Assembly: GCF_006345805.1 (NCBI RefSeq)
Contig: NC_043012.1
Coordinates: 42,408,001-42,472,000, forward strand
Direction of reading: 5' to 3'
Length of the DNA: 64,000 nucleotides
DNA from: Octopus sinensis
Taxonomy: Eukaryota
A model generated the notes under the pieces. That model was not told the DNA's origin, ran no database searches, and saw only the letters and a program-made list of their open reading frames with translations. The translations under genes were made by a program, and so were the position numbers. Below, piece after piece: positions 1 to 13,177 of the stretch (its first letter is position 1; each line of letters begins with the position of its first letter).

Positions 1-74
1 GATTAATAGTTGTGTGCGCATATGCGAATGTGTGTGCGCGCGAGCGTGTTAGTGCGCATATGTGAGTGTGTGAA

Positions 75-106
<32 letters not shown>

Positions 107-894
107 TGTGTGTGCTTGTGTGTATGTATATGCACACGCACATACCATCGTATACAAATAACTATGAATGTATTCGTAGATGTTTGGGGATTTGATGTCA
201 GAGCAGCGGAGAAACTACAAAAGATTATCCCCAAGGAAGATAACATAGCAGAAACTAAATATTCGGTTCTCTTAGACAAACAGTCTGAGCTACTGAAAAT
301 CAAGAATGCAGTAAGTTGTGATCTATCTTCTTCATCCCCTTTTTATTTTTCTAATGTGTTTTTTGGGCTGCGCGATCGCCAAACGCATGTACGTGTACAT
401 ATACATGTATCTACGACTATAAACATACATACATACATACATACATACATACATACATACATACATACACACGCGCACGCACACAAACATACAGATACAG
501 ACACACACGTTAGATTTACTCATGCCTTTATATAGTCCCATTGCGTAAAAATCTTTGGGTGTGTAGGTTTCAGTAGAATGGAAATTGGGTTTTTATGGTT
601 GGTTGTTATAGAGAGGTGTTTTGAAGATATTTTTTCTTTGATTAGAATTTGGGGTCATGCATTGCTGATAATCAATTCATGTATGTAGAACTTTGTAAAG
701 AAGAGTTTGTTTCTTTTATGTTAGGTATGCACATGGTGTGGCAATATTTTTGTTGCTTTTGATATTATTGTGTTTTTATGCAAGATGGAGACGAATACCA
801 ACGTCCCATGTGGTAGACTTGAACAATTATTGTGAGATGCCTCTCTTAACATGAAACATGAAACCAATCATACTTTGGATATCCCATGAATAAA

Positions 895-956
<62 letters not shown>

Positions 957-959
957 TTA

Positions 960-1547
960 CATACATTCAAAGGTCGATGTATATATTCATTCAATCCATA
1001 TTAACGAAATTCTCCATGGTATACAAAACACATACATAGATGCATTCAGCTATATGAAATATATAGCCGAATAAGCCTAAAAAAAACTGTTAAGTATATC
1101 CACACCTTATCAAACCATCCCCAAACTGTCATTAAGGAGGTGTGTCGATAAGAATATCTAATTTATCCGCCAATGAAAAAATACTTAACGAGTTTGCACC
1201 CCTTTATAATGCAGCAGTAAAAGACAGCGGTTTTAACAGTGAAATATACTATATTAAAAACACAATATTTAAAAACAAATTAGGCAACCAGTTTCCAAAT
1301 ATTACAAATTATAGCGATAACACATATCCTATAAACAACCTCACCGAATATAGAAACCAACAACACATTAGAAGTCACTGTATAATTTTCAAGTATAGCA
1401 AAAACGATACGGGGCAGAATAGGAACTATTCTGGGAGGAAACGAGAAATTGTATGGTTTACACCCCACTTCTCCCTCCAGATAAGAAACCCACCTCAGTT
1501 ATTTTTTAGCATTATCGATAGGAACTTCCCACTTGGTCATAAAAAAC
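960..1547 (+). mobile_element. Penelope-like element fragment (RT thumb/C-terminus and RT-endonuclease linker), degenerate
   Basis: Stitched frames read KTVKYIHTLSNHPQTVIKE / IRISNLSANEKILNEFAPLYNAAVKDSGF ... RKREIVWFTPHFS ... FFSIIDRNFPLGHK. This matches the PLE pattern YIH..SNHP..IK....RIS.LS.N...F....P.Y..AL..SG and the linker 'RKR.I.WF.PP.S...F...ID..FP'. It follows a (TA)n tract and is cut off by the LINE at ~1548. Confidence 0.75.
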
Positions 1548-4000
1548 AACTAGGACGTATAACATTCTGGATCTCTGCTTCACGAACAATATGGACATCA
1601 TTCATGATGTGAAAGTGACACCGACATTAGTTTCGGATCACAACATAATAGAGCTGTCTATGCTTGGGCCGAAAGTAACCAGAAACATACAGCCTAAAGG
1701 AAGCACCCGAAATCTTTCCAATCTGAACTTCCACAAAGCAGATTGGAAATCGATCCAAAAAGAGATCCTCAGAGAGGACTGGCCGAAATGTCTCTCCTCA
1801 CCAGACATTGACATAAAACTAGAATGTTTCATGTCTTCTGTGCAAGCCATATGCCAGAAAAATGTCTCGGAGCACAAGGCCAAAGCAAATAGGAGCAAGA
1901 TTCCAAGAGATAGGAAGATCCTCGTGAGACGACGGACGAAGGTTGCAAATCGACTCAACCAACATCCCAAAAGCAGCGAAACGTCCCGCCTAAAAACAAC
2001 ACTGATAGAGATTGAAAAAAGGCTGCAACAATCCTATGTGAGGGAGAAAGCAGACAAAGAAGCCTGGGTTATAAAAAACATTAAGTCAAACCCAAAGGCC
2101 TTCTTTCATTACGCGAAAGAAACAGCCTCAGTACACTACAAGATAGGACCCCTCCTCCAAAAGGATGGCTCCCTCACAGACAGTCCAACTAAGATCAGTG
2201 AGACGCTGAATGACCAGTTCAAAAGTGTCTTTACCACCCCGTTGGAAGACAGACAAGTGAACGAACCAGTGGACTTCTTTGCCGCCTCACCTATAACCAG
2301 CGAGGCAGTTACAATAGAATACAGTGACATTAGCGAAAAAGATATACTACTAGCCATAGATGAAGCGGACACAAACTCAACTGCTGGTTCTGATGGTTTC
2401 CCAGCAATCCTCCTCAAATCGTGTAAACATTCCCAGGCAAAACCCCTCAAGATTCTCTTCCAGAGCTTTCTTACAAATGGCAAACTGCCAAGCAAGCTGA
2501 AGGAGGGAATAATATGCCCAATACATAAAGGGGGAAGTAGAGCAGATGCCAAAAACTATAGGCCTATCTCTCTGACTTCACACATCAGCAAAGTCATGGA
2601 ACGGATAGTCAGAGGGAAACTAATTGCATTCCCTGAAAGAAATAACTTGCTAAGTGACACCCAACATGGTTTTCGACCATGTAGGAGCTGCCTGACCCAG
2701 CTCTTACAACATTATGACTGGGTGTTGAGGCAGTTACTCAACAAATCAAATGTGGATGTAATATACCTTGATTTTGCAAAAGCTTTTGACAAGGTGGATC
2801 ATGGCATGATATGCCACAAACTACGTGACCTCGGCATAGCTGGAAAACTTGGCGTGTGGTTACATGACTTCCTGAATGATCGGAGTCAGGCAGTAGTGGC
2901 TAATGGAGCCACCTCTATGAACACACAAATAGTGAGCGGTGTTCCACAGGGCACTGTCTTAGGACCACTGCTTTTTATAGTGGCCTTCTCAGATATGCCC
3001 TCAAATGCCCAGATAGTCACTCTGGCAAGCTATGCAGATGATACAAAAGTCTCAAAAAAAACAGAACCCCAGCGATGTTGCACACCTGCAGCATGAGTTG
3101 GACTCAATTTACAGATGGGCTGAGGATAATAATATGCAGTTTAATGCTGAAAAATTCCAAGCCTTGCGCTACCAGCATCCAAAACTGAATATTAAACCTA
3201 CACGGTACACTGGTCCACAGGGAATTTTAATCCCAGAGCCTAAGTCAGTGAGGGACCTGGGTATGGACATGAGTGATGATACCTCTTTCCAAGTGCACAT
3301 TACCAGGATGGCGACAAAGTGCAGACGACTAGCTGGATGGATCCTAAGAACATTCAGAACCAGAGATAAGGAAATCATGATGGTCCTCTAGAGGACATTC
3401 GTCCTCAGCCGCCTGGATTACTGCTCACAGCTATGGTCACCCACCAGTGTGAAATTAACAGCGGACCTTGAAGCAACCCAGAGAAGATTCACAAAGAAGA
3501 TCGTCTCTTTGCAACAGCTCAGCTACTGGGAAAGGTTGAAGCAGATAAGACTCTACTTCCTGGAGAGAAGACGGGAGAGGTATGCAGTAATATATATCTG
3601 GAAGATCCTGGAAGGAATTGTGCCAAATTTTGGCATTGAAAGCTACACCAATGCCAGAACGGGACGACACTGCACAGTGCCAAAGATCCCAGCAATGCCA
3701 TCACGCTTCAGGACCAGTTACTGCAACAGCCTGGGTTTCAAGGGTCCACAGCTTTTTAATATTCTCTCAAAGAGTCTGAGGAACTTGCATAAAGTAGATG
3801 TAGGGGCTTTTAAATCAAAGCTGGACCTCTTTTTGTCGAGTGTCCCAGATGAGCCTACCTCACGGCAAGAGGTGCAAATGAGGGTAGCTATATCAAATTC
3901 CATTCTTCATCAAGTGCCACATATTAGAGGAGGCTCCTAGTAATAACAGTGTAGCGCAAAACGGCGGTGCATCAGCATGGCCGCAGGTCTGAGCAGAAAC
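1548..4000 (+). mobile_element. 5'-truncated CR1-like non-LTR retrotransposon (ORF2: end of APE endonuclease plus RT), disrupted
   Basis: NILDLCFTNN...SDHNII (APE C-terminus); ORF 1591-3096 has NYRPISLTS, QHGFR, YLDFAKAFDKVDH, GVPQGTVLGPLLF, YADDTK; it continues in shifted frames (3032-3391, 3449-3940: LERRRERY, GPQLFNIL, FKSKLDLFLSSVPDEP). Frameshift near 3055, TAG at 3389. The 3' tail GGCGGTGCATCAGCATGGCCGCAG abuts (TA)n. Confidence 0.93.
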
Positions 4001-4010
4001 TTTTTTTTTA

Positions 4011-4043
<33 letters not shown>

Positions 4044-4233
4044 GATGAGTGTATTTTACCTTGTTAACAATTAACACGGATAAATGAATGAATAGTTACC
4101 AGGGCAGCAAAAATCTCACAAGTAAAGATGTTGTAACTCCTTGTTTATAAAGGTTGAAACTTCGTGTTTACGTTGAATATTTGAATAATATGAATAAAAA
4201 ATGGAGTTAACGCAGGTTTAAACAAGTATTTTT

Positions 4234-4320
4234 ACTTTCTACATATGTTTCAAAAGTTCCACTGATACTTATTCAAAAGAATAAAAGGTATAAACAATGC
4301 AATCTTCTCTTCGGGAAAGT
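4234..4320 (-). ncRNA. Minimal type-I hammerhead ribozyme motif (PLE-associated), U4C core variant
   Basis: ACUUUC-CCGAAGA-GAAGAUU...AACUUUU-GAAA-CAUAUG-UA/GAAAGU: 6-bp stem I, palindromic stem III, GUA triplet; sense to and downstream of the GIY-YIG ORF. Confidence 0.65.
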
Positions 4321-5516
4321 GAAAAAACGAAACTTGTCAATACGACATTTTAGCAAAAAATGATGGATTCTTATAGCGATAGACAGAACGCTATTAATAT
4401 TGTTTAAAAAACGTTATATGATATAACGTCATAAGTAGCTAACAGAAAGAGTAGGGATATTAATAGTGAATGTTAAATATAAAGGAAATTAAAGTCTAAA
4501 CTATATATAATGATAGAGACTACTTATATGCACTAAAAGTATGCTTCTGCCAATGCTTACATCTGTATGCTCGTTCTATAACCGTGTTTACTAGAGTATT
4601 TTTAGAAAAAATAATGAAAAATAGCTCAGAATTGCAGAGAAGACAGAATTTCTTGCCTTTGTCATATGGTATCGAAATTGAGAGGATCAACCATTCTAAA
4701 TGAAATTGTTCATTGTGGTCTTTTAAATCCCAAATCAGTTTGCTGAGACCGGTACTATTCCGTTTATTTCTATCCCTAAATGTTGAGTAATGGATAGAAA
4801 TTCTCTTAGATAACTCTAACGATGTGCTTAAATTTATGTCAAGTAACTCTAAGATTAAAAATTCTATATACAGTGTATAATCAGTACTCGTAATAAAGTA
4901 CGATAACTCTAACGATGTGCTTCCAATGTAAAATCGTACTTTATTACGAGTACTGATTATACACTGGTATATAGAATTTTTAATCTTAGAGTTACTTGAC
5001 ATAAATTTAAGCACATCGTTAGAGTTATCTAAGAGAATTTCTATCCATTACTCAACATTTAGGGATAGAAATAAACGGAATAGTACCGGTCTCAGCAAAC
5101 TGATTTGGGATTTAAAAGACCACAATGAACAATTTCATTTAGAATGGTTGATCCTCTCAATTTCGATACCATATGACAAAGGCAAGAAATTCTGTCTTCT
5201 CTGCAATTCTGAGCTATTTTTCATCATTTTTTCTAAAAATACTCTAGTAAACACGGTTATAGAACGAGCATACAGATGTAAGCATTGGCAGAGAGCATAC
5301 TTTAGTGCATATAAGTAGTCTCTATCATTATATATAGTTTAGACTTTAATTTCCTTTATATTTAACATTCACTATTAATATCCCTACTCTTTCTGTTAGC
5401 TACTTATGACGTTATATCATATAACGTTTTTTAAACAATATTAATAGCGTTCTGTCTATCGCTATAAGAATCCATCATTTTTTGCTAAAATGTCGTATTG
5501 ACAAGTTTCGTTTTTC

Positions 5517-5602
5517 ACTTTCCCGAAGAGAAGATTGCATTGTTTATACCTTTATTCTTTTGAATAAGTATCAGTGGAATTTTTGAAACATATGTAGAAA
5601 GT
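5517..5602 (+). ncRNA. Mirror copy of the same hammerhead motif
   Basis: ACTTTC CCGAAGA GAAGATT...AATTTTT GAAA CATATG TA GAAAGT; stem II 7 bp including G-U pairs. Confidence 0.65.
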
Positions 5603-5655
5603 AAAAATACTTGTTTAAACCTGCGTTAACTCCATTTTTTATTCATATATATATA

Positions 5656-5712
<57 letters not shown>

Positions 5713-5727
5713 TATATATATGTTATA

Positions 5728-5904
5728 AATATTGGTAAAAACGGTAAGATAACAAAAGAAAGGAAGAGACCTCAATATTATGTAAATAGAGGAAATTTAT
5801 CTGTAAAATAATATGTGACAATTATCCAATAGCCAAGATAAAACTCTGAGTTTCGGATACCGAGGTGGAAATCCACAACACTATCTCTTCGGTTATCTGG
5901 CCAT
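5728..5904 (-). mobile_element. ORF-less hammerhead-bearing dispersed repeat (family H1), copy a
   Basis: Matches the copies at 6893-7116, 15601-15875, 45798-45972 and 52530-52790. HHR motif at 5837-5897 (GAUAA-CCGAAGA-GAUA...UAUCC-GAAA-CUCAGAG-UU/UUAUC). Flanked by (TA)n. Confidence 0.75.
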
Positions 5905-5914
5905 ATTATTTTGG

Positions 5915-5955
<41 letters not shown>

Positions 5956-6003
5956 GTATATATATATATATTATGTATATATATTACATATATATTATAT
6001 ATA

Positions 6004-6093
<90 letters not shown>

Positions 6094-6257
6094 ATATCAA
6101 CAATTGAGGGTAAAATTAATTAGTTATTAATCAATTTCACCAAGTAGTGTTCAGTATGTAAAAGGACCATTTAAGGCGAATTAAGAAAGTTCAGTATGTG
6201 GCAAAGTAATTTATTTTACTAAGCCCTAATTATATAAATATATATATATATTATTAT

Positions 6258-6456
6258 TATATTTCGGAATGGTCATATTGCCAGTTTAGCCAATAAAAAC
6301 ACAGGCACTATATATTTGGTGTTATTTTGCTTCAGTGATATTCATTTTTTACATTAATCTTAAGATTAATAAATATCACTGAAGCAAAATAATACCAAAT
6401 ATATAGTGCGTGTGTTTTTATTGGCTAAACTGGCAATATGACCATTCCGAAATATA
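6258..6456. repeat. Inverted repeat (~85-bp arms) with an 18-bp perfect palindrome in the loop
   Basis: 6258-6342 is the reverse complement of 6372-6456 (2 mismatches); ATTAATCTTAAGATTAAT at 6353-6370. Confidence 0.85.
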
Positions 6457-6516
6457 ACAATATCTGTTTCAACACGACTTTACATAAAAAATCTTGCACA
6501 ACAAATATTTAAACAT

Positions 6517-6571
<55 letters not shown>

Positions 6572-6670
6572 TATATATATATATATATGTATATATATTA
6601 TATATATATATATATTTTTTATAATATATATATTAATATATATATATATATAATATATATATATATAATG

Positions 6671-7530
<860 letters not shown>

Positions 7531-7534
<4 letters not shown>

Positions 7535-7855
7535 CCTTAAATCCTTAAAAATGTTTCAGCCCGAAGGCTGCGGCCATGGGGGGCACCACCGTTGAATGAG
7601 CTACACTAGTATGTGAATGCACCTCTGATACGTGGCACTTGGTCGAGAAGGGAGTTCGATGACGCTGCCCGCATCTGTGTCTCCTGCTGAGAGGTAGGTT
7701 CATCTGGGACCCCGACAAGAAGAGATCCAGTTTAGTTTTAAAGAAACCCTCATCCACACCATGCAAGTCTCTCAGGCATTTAGGGAGGATGTTGAAGAGC
7801 CGTGGTCCTCTGAAACCCAAGCTGTTGCGGTATCTGGTCCTGTATTTTGATGGTG
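7531..7855 (-). mobile_element. 3' fragment of a CR1-like LINE (family of 1548-4000)
   Basis: PSKYRTRYRNSLGFRGPRLFNILPKCLRDLHGVDEGFFKTKLDLFLS aligns with the C-terminus of the first LINE; the tail ends in AAATCCTT x2 next to (TA)n. Confidence 0.85.
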
Positions 7856-7868
7856 ATATATGATATTA

Positions 7869-7923
<55 letters not shown>

Positions 7924-8062
7924 ATATATATATATATATATTATTATATATATATATATATAAGCCAAACAAGAAAACACAGAAAAAAGAGAAAAAAACA
8001 CAGCAACGCAGGACGTGGAACAATTAAAGTATTATTGACGCTCAGGAAAGAAGGGAAGAAGG

Positions 8063-8097
8063 GTTTAACGTTTCGAGCGGAGCTCTTCGTCGGAAAC
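8063..8097 (-). ncRNA. Ultra-minimal hammerhead-like motif inside a ~200-bp insert (7963-8170) between (TA)n tracts
   Basis: GUUU-CCGACGA-A-GAGC(UCC)GCUC-GAAA-CG-UU/AAAC; 4-bp stem I, ACGU palindrome as stem III; U4C variant. Confidence 0.45.
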
Positions 8098-8180
8098 AAG
8101 GAGAAGGAAAGATCCCAAGGAGGAAAGACAGAGGAGAAAATATTTGAGCTGGTGGTGCTCAAGAGATCACATATATATAT

Positions 8181-10262
8181 AACTTAGAATAACTTAGAAA
8201 GGTTTTGGCCAGTATTTGCCCAGGCCATGTCTAACTTAATAGCACCAGCTGGCGAAGTCTTTCAATTCAGGATTTGGGCACCAAGGCCCATTCGAGCAGA
8301 GAGTTATTGTTTGCAGAGACATATCCGGGTGTGGGTGGTTTGTCCGGGACTGTTTGAAGGAATTTGTCCAAAGACTTCTTGAATTTTGTGTGGTCCGTTT
8401 CTGTTTTGACGTGTCTTGGTGTAATGTTGAAGAGAGCGGGTCCAATTGAGGTGAAATAATTGTGCCGTATTGTCGTTATGTGATGCGATTTAGATTTTTG
8501 TTGTGGACGGATGGAACGTGGTCCAAGCCTTGGATGTATTTTGAAGGTGATGCCAACATCATTTGGACAGTGCTGATGGAATATTTTCCACATCATACAG
8601 ATAATGTAGCGTTCACGGCGTCGTTGGAGTGAATACAGTTTCAGCTTCTCTAGTCTACCCCAGTAGTCAAGGTCTGACATGCCATCTATCTTTTTTGTGA
8701 TTGACCTTTGGGGAGCTTCAATTCTCATAATATTTTGTTTTGTGTAGGGAGACCACAGTGGTCAGCAGTATTCAAGGTGGGGTCGGGCAAAAGTGGAGAA
8801 GAGAAGGATAATAGTGTGGGAATCTCTCGACTGGAAGGTTCTGAGAATCCAGGAACACATTCTGCGGGCCATGTCAACTTTGCTGCTTATATGTGTAGCC
8901 CAGCTTATGTTGTTGTCCACAGTTAATCCCAGGTCTCTGATGTTGTTAGACGCCATGAGAGTTTCACCAGAAGGAAGGGGGTATGGGAGTTTCAGAGCGT
9001 CCTCCCTTCCAAAGTGGATCAATTCGAATTTGTCTTCGTTTAGCAACATGTTGTTCTTTTCCACCCATTGGACAACAGCCAGTAGGTCTGACTGAAGGCT
9101 TATTCGGTCATCCACGCCATTGATGACCTTCTGGAGCTTGGAATCATCAGCGAAGATTCTGATGTTACTATATTTGATGATGTCAGTGATGTCATTAATG
9201 TAGATGATGAAGAGAAGTGGGCCCAACACAGTGCCTTGTAGGACACCACTGCTGACTTTGGCTGGGCTGGATTTGACTCCCTCGACTACAACATGTTGGG
9301 TTCTGTTAGACAGGAAGCACTTGATCCACTGCAGCAGCTTTCCAGTGACACCAATATTAGACAGCTTTCTCAAAAGGATCTTATGATCAACCCTGTCAAA
9401 GGCCTTGCTGAAATCAAGGTAGATGACATCAATGTTGGAACCCTCTCCCAAGGCTCTCAAAATGTCATCAAAATGATGCAGTAGCTGCGTCAGGCAATCT
9501 CTTCCATTACGGAATCCATGCTGGTTGGAGTTCAGCATATTATGACTCTCAAGGAAGTGAGTCATACGCGATCTCAGCACTCTCTCAAATACCTTAATGA
9601 TATGAGAGGTGAGTGAGATTGGACGGTAATTCACGGCAAGCGATTTGTTTCCTTTTTTGAAAACTGGGAAAACAGACTGGGATAGAAGGTCTTCTGGTAT
9701 ATATCCAGCATCCAGTGAGTTCCGCCACAGATTGGCTAGAGGGGGTGCAAGTTGGTTTTGACACATCTTCAAGACACAAGTAGGGAACCTATCGGGACCT
9801 ACTGCTGAATTATGCTTCATTTCCTTTATTGCTGCTAAGACATCAGGAGCGCCAAAGGTTATGTCCGATAAAGTGTATTGGGGAGTAACATCACTGATAC
9901 AGCCCAGATCAGCGATATCAGGATTGCTGAAAACAGAGCAATATTGTTTCTGCAATATCTCTCCCATGGTTTTGGCATTGTCTTGAAGAGTACCATTTTC
10001 ATCAATCAGAGGTCCAACAGTAGAACCAGTGACTCTGTGTTTTTTTGCAAATGAAAAGAACACTTTGGGATTGAGTTTGATCTTCTCAATGGCCCAGGCC
10101 TCTTCAGCTCTTTGTTGACTATTGATGATAGACATCATGTTGTTTTGGAGTTTATGTTTTTTAATCTCTAGCGACGAGATGGCAGTCAGGTTGGTGTGTT
10201 GCTGTTGAAAGTATTTCAGCCTGTTGATTTTTTTGTTAATTCTTTTAATTTCCTGATGAGAG

Positions 10263-10264
<2 letters not shown>
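8181..10264 (-). mobile_element. 5'-truncated CR1-like non-LTR retrotransposon (RT), second family
   Basis: ORF 8762-10138: NYRPISLTS, QHGFR, YLDFSKAFDRVDH, GVLQGTVLGPLLF, FADDSKL; frameshifted continuation 8267-8728 (LQRRRERY, FKKSLDKFLQTVPDKP, NSLLEW); 3' tail of short tandem repeats next to (TA)n. Confidence 0.93.
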
Positions 10265-10342
<78 letters not shown>

Positions 10343-10350
<8 letters not shown>

Positions 10351-10549
10351 TAATTAAGGGTAGAAATTGATATTATCAATTAAGACCAGTGGTCTAGCAT
10401 ATTAAAAAAGAATCCGAAGATTAAAATATTTATATTATACCAATTAATATTTAATATTTAATATTTTAATCTTCGGATTCTTTTTTAATATGCTAGACCA
10501 CTGGTCTTAATTGATAAATATCAATTTCTACCTTAATTAATTTTATATA
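10343..10549. repeat. Inverted repeat (~88-bp arms) at the end of an unclassified ~600-bp insert (10343-10956) between (TA)n tracts
   Basis: 10343-10430 is the reverse complement of 10460-10549 apart from small indels. Confidence 0.8.
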
Positions 10550-10956
10550 AATAAATATGTTCTCTAACCGATAAATTGACTGCTGCTAATTATTAGCTGC
10601 AGGCTAGTTTTCTCGGGCCTCAACGCGCCAAAGTAAAGGCATTTGAAAGATGTATTCAAATGTAATAGGCTGAACTCCATGCACACGATATTTCGGTATC
10701 GTGTTTGCATCTAGTCCAGCAAATTGCATTTATAACGGACCATGCTGATGATGGCTGCAGTTTTCCTTGCGGAAAATAACAGCTGAAACTAATTAGTACA
10801 TGGGTAATTATTTTATTTCGTATATTTTTCACTTGTTTATTGCTATGGTTTTGTGCTGAGTTTGATCTGAGAACATAATCTTTTGTGGTGAATGGCGATT
10901 TGACGTCTATATCTAGCATGTTGACTGTCCACTTTTCGTGTTCAGTCCTTAATTGG

Positions 10957-11038
10957 TATATATATATATATATATAATATATATAATATATAATATATAT
11001 AAATATATATATATATAATATATATAAATATATATATA

Positions 11039-11125
<87 letters not shown>

Positions 11126-11200
11126 ATATATATATCATATATATATATAAATATATATATTATATATATATATAAATATATATATTATATATATTATATA

Positions 11201-11242
<42 letters not shown>

Positions 11243-11255
11243 TATATATATATTA

Positions 11256-11305
<50 letters not shown>

Positions 11306-11332
11306 TATTATATATATATTATATATATATAT

Positions 11333-11390
<58 letters not shown>

Positions 11391-11402
11391 ATATAGATAT
11401 AT
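10957..11402. repeat. Long degenerate (TA)n microsatellite
   Basis: ~440 bp of interrupted TA dinucleotide; one of dozens of (TA)n tracts in the window. Confidence 0.95.
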
Positions 11403-11714
11403 AAAATGAGATAGGGGTTGAAAAATTCAACCCACCATGGGATAACATATATCCAATATACTGCTAGATAGGTACCCAACAAGACTAATACATAGATGTT
11501 AAAAATTGCCAAGTACCGTAAATTAATACTACAAAATTAGAAAATGGAGAAACATACTTAAATCAATAAAATATCAACTAACAGATGATACCCAATCAAT
11601 ACTTTATTACACCATTACATATCAGTAAAGGCATTATACAAAATATATAGTAAATATAAATAGACAAGGAAATAGAAATATAAAATATAAAATAAAATAT
11701 GTGATTATATCATA

Positions 11715-11811
11715 TCTGACAGCTGTTTCGGCATACCTCATTTAACCTATAAGCCATAAAGGCAGGTATAAATGAGGCATTAACAAGGATGCCCCACGGC
11801 CTCTTCAGAGA
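11715..11811 (-). ncRNA. Minimal type-I hammerhead motif with extended stem II
   Basis: UCU-CUGAAGA-GGC...GCC-GAAA-CAGCUG-UC/AGA. Intact CUGANGA/GAAA/GUC core; the stem II insert contains AUGCCUCAUUUA/UAAAUGAGGUAU and a GCC-UUUA-UGGC hairpin; stem I is only 3 bp. Confidence 0.7.
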
Positions 11812-12185
11812 ATTTAATTTGTTACAATTGTGAAAAAAATTATTTTTCCATATACATATAAATATAAAAATATAAAAATGTAAAATATAAAAACTTGTGC
11901 ATAAACTCCATAATGCTACACATATATATAATACTCATTGATACAATAATGCAAGGTAAACAAAACAAAATAAAACAAAATATATATCAGTGTATATATT
12001 AATATTAATAAGCACAGTTATTTTACATATTTAGCTAATAGTTCTAAAAACTAACACATAGGGAGATGTATGCGCACTACTATTTAAATTAAAATCATCC
12101 CTATACCTGAAAATAATAATAAAAAAACCATAGTTCAGTTCATAAAATTATAAACCTATAAAAGTCAATATAAATTACTATTAAT

Positions 12186-12222
<37 letters not shown>

Positions 12223-13049
12223 GATACAGTTAAGTTAGCACCAAGTACATCCATTCAAAATCGAAATAACTATGAGTTTAGTTATCCTGTCCGCTTGTTA
12301 TTGATTATTCTAGATTAATTCGATTGGCTTGTAGTTTGAAATTTGAATCACAAAAGAAATTTTACGGTTGGTTAGTCAAGAAACGCAAATACGCACACGC
12401 ACATCCACAGATCAATCGCCCATACATACATAATTATATGTATACACACACACATACACTTATACAGATACGCATCCACAAGCAACCTCTAGCATAAAGA
12501 TAAATAAATAGGAGAGCAACTAAACTGTCATCTAGTCTATCAAAATTATAACTATGCCTCAAATAACAAAAAAGATCCACTCATATATTTCCATAAAATA
12601 TTTATCTCAATGATATATATATTTATATTATTTCAATGATATATATATTTATATATCAATATAACGATGTCGGAAGTTATTTCACTATGTACCTTGCGTA
12701 TTTAACACCGGTTTTTATCATAGTCAACCTAGCGGTTACTAGATTTACCGTAAATTTGTTGTGATTCCATGTATGCTAAGTTATAAAGTATAGAATAATT
12801 TTTATATTATAAATATATATCTCTTTTTTACTTATTAAATCCTATGCCATTATAAACAAGATTAGGCGTTAAATAAACAACAGGGGGACTCACTAATGCA
12901 ATCGTATATAAGAAAATCACAGAAGTTAAAAGATTGTAAATACTTAAGTTAAAATGTGATAAAATAAATAAGAAATAATTACGATTACACACATAATATA
13001 AGTACAAACCAGTATATATGTATTCATATATTATTAAGAAATAAATGAT

Positions 13050-13177
13050 TGATATGTATGTATAAATCTACACTTAAATAAGTAAATAAATAAATAAATA
13101 AATAATTAGATGACTTGATATGTATGTATAAATCTACACTTAAATAAGTAAATAAATAAATAAATAATTAGATGACT
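13050..13177. repeat. Tandem duplication (66 + 62 bp) inside the PLE 3' region
   Basis: TGATATGTATGTATAAATCTACACTTAAATAAG(TAAA)n TTAGATGACT occurs twice, differing by one TAAA unit. Confidence 0.9.

Larger units (their letters stand above)
4044..5648. mobile_element. Penelope-like element 3' fragment (GIY-YIG endonuclease plus 3' region), present as a head-to-head inverted duplication between (TA)n tracts
   Basis: Minus ORF 4520-5014 and its mirror reconstruct NSIYQCIISTRNKVRFYIGSTSLELSKRISIHYSTF...STGLSKLIWDLKD...WLIL....PYDKGKKFCLLCNSE...RCKHWQKH, a PLE-type GIY-YIG with conserved Cys/His residues. Arms 4188-4904 and 4933-5648 are near-perfect reverse complements. Confidence 0.88.

Noticed and set aside
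165-345. AAEKLQKII...LLDKQSELLK in ORF 74-535 as a PLE endonuclease tail
   Set aside because: Reminiscent of 'EKL.II...LLNKRSEL', but the diagnostic Cys/His residues are missing; too weak to call.
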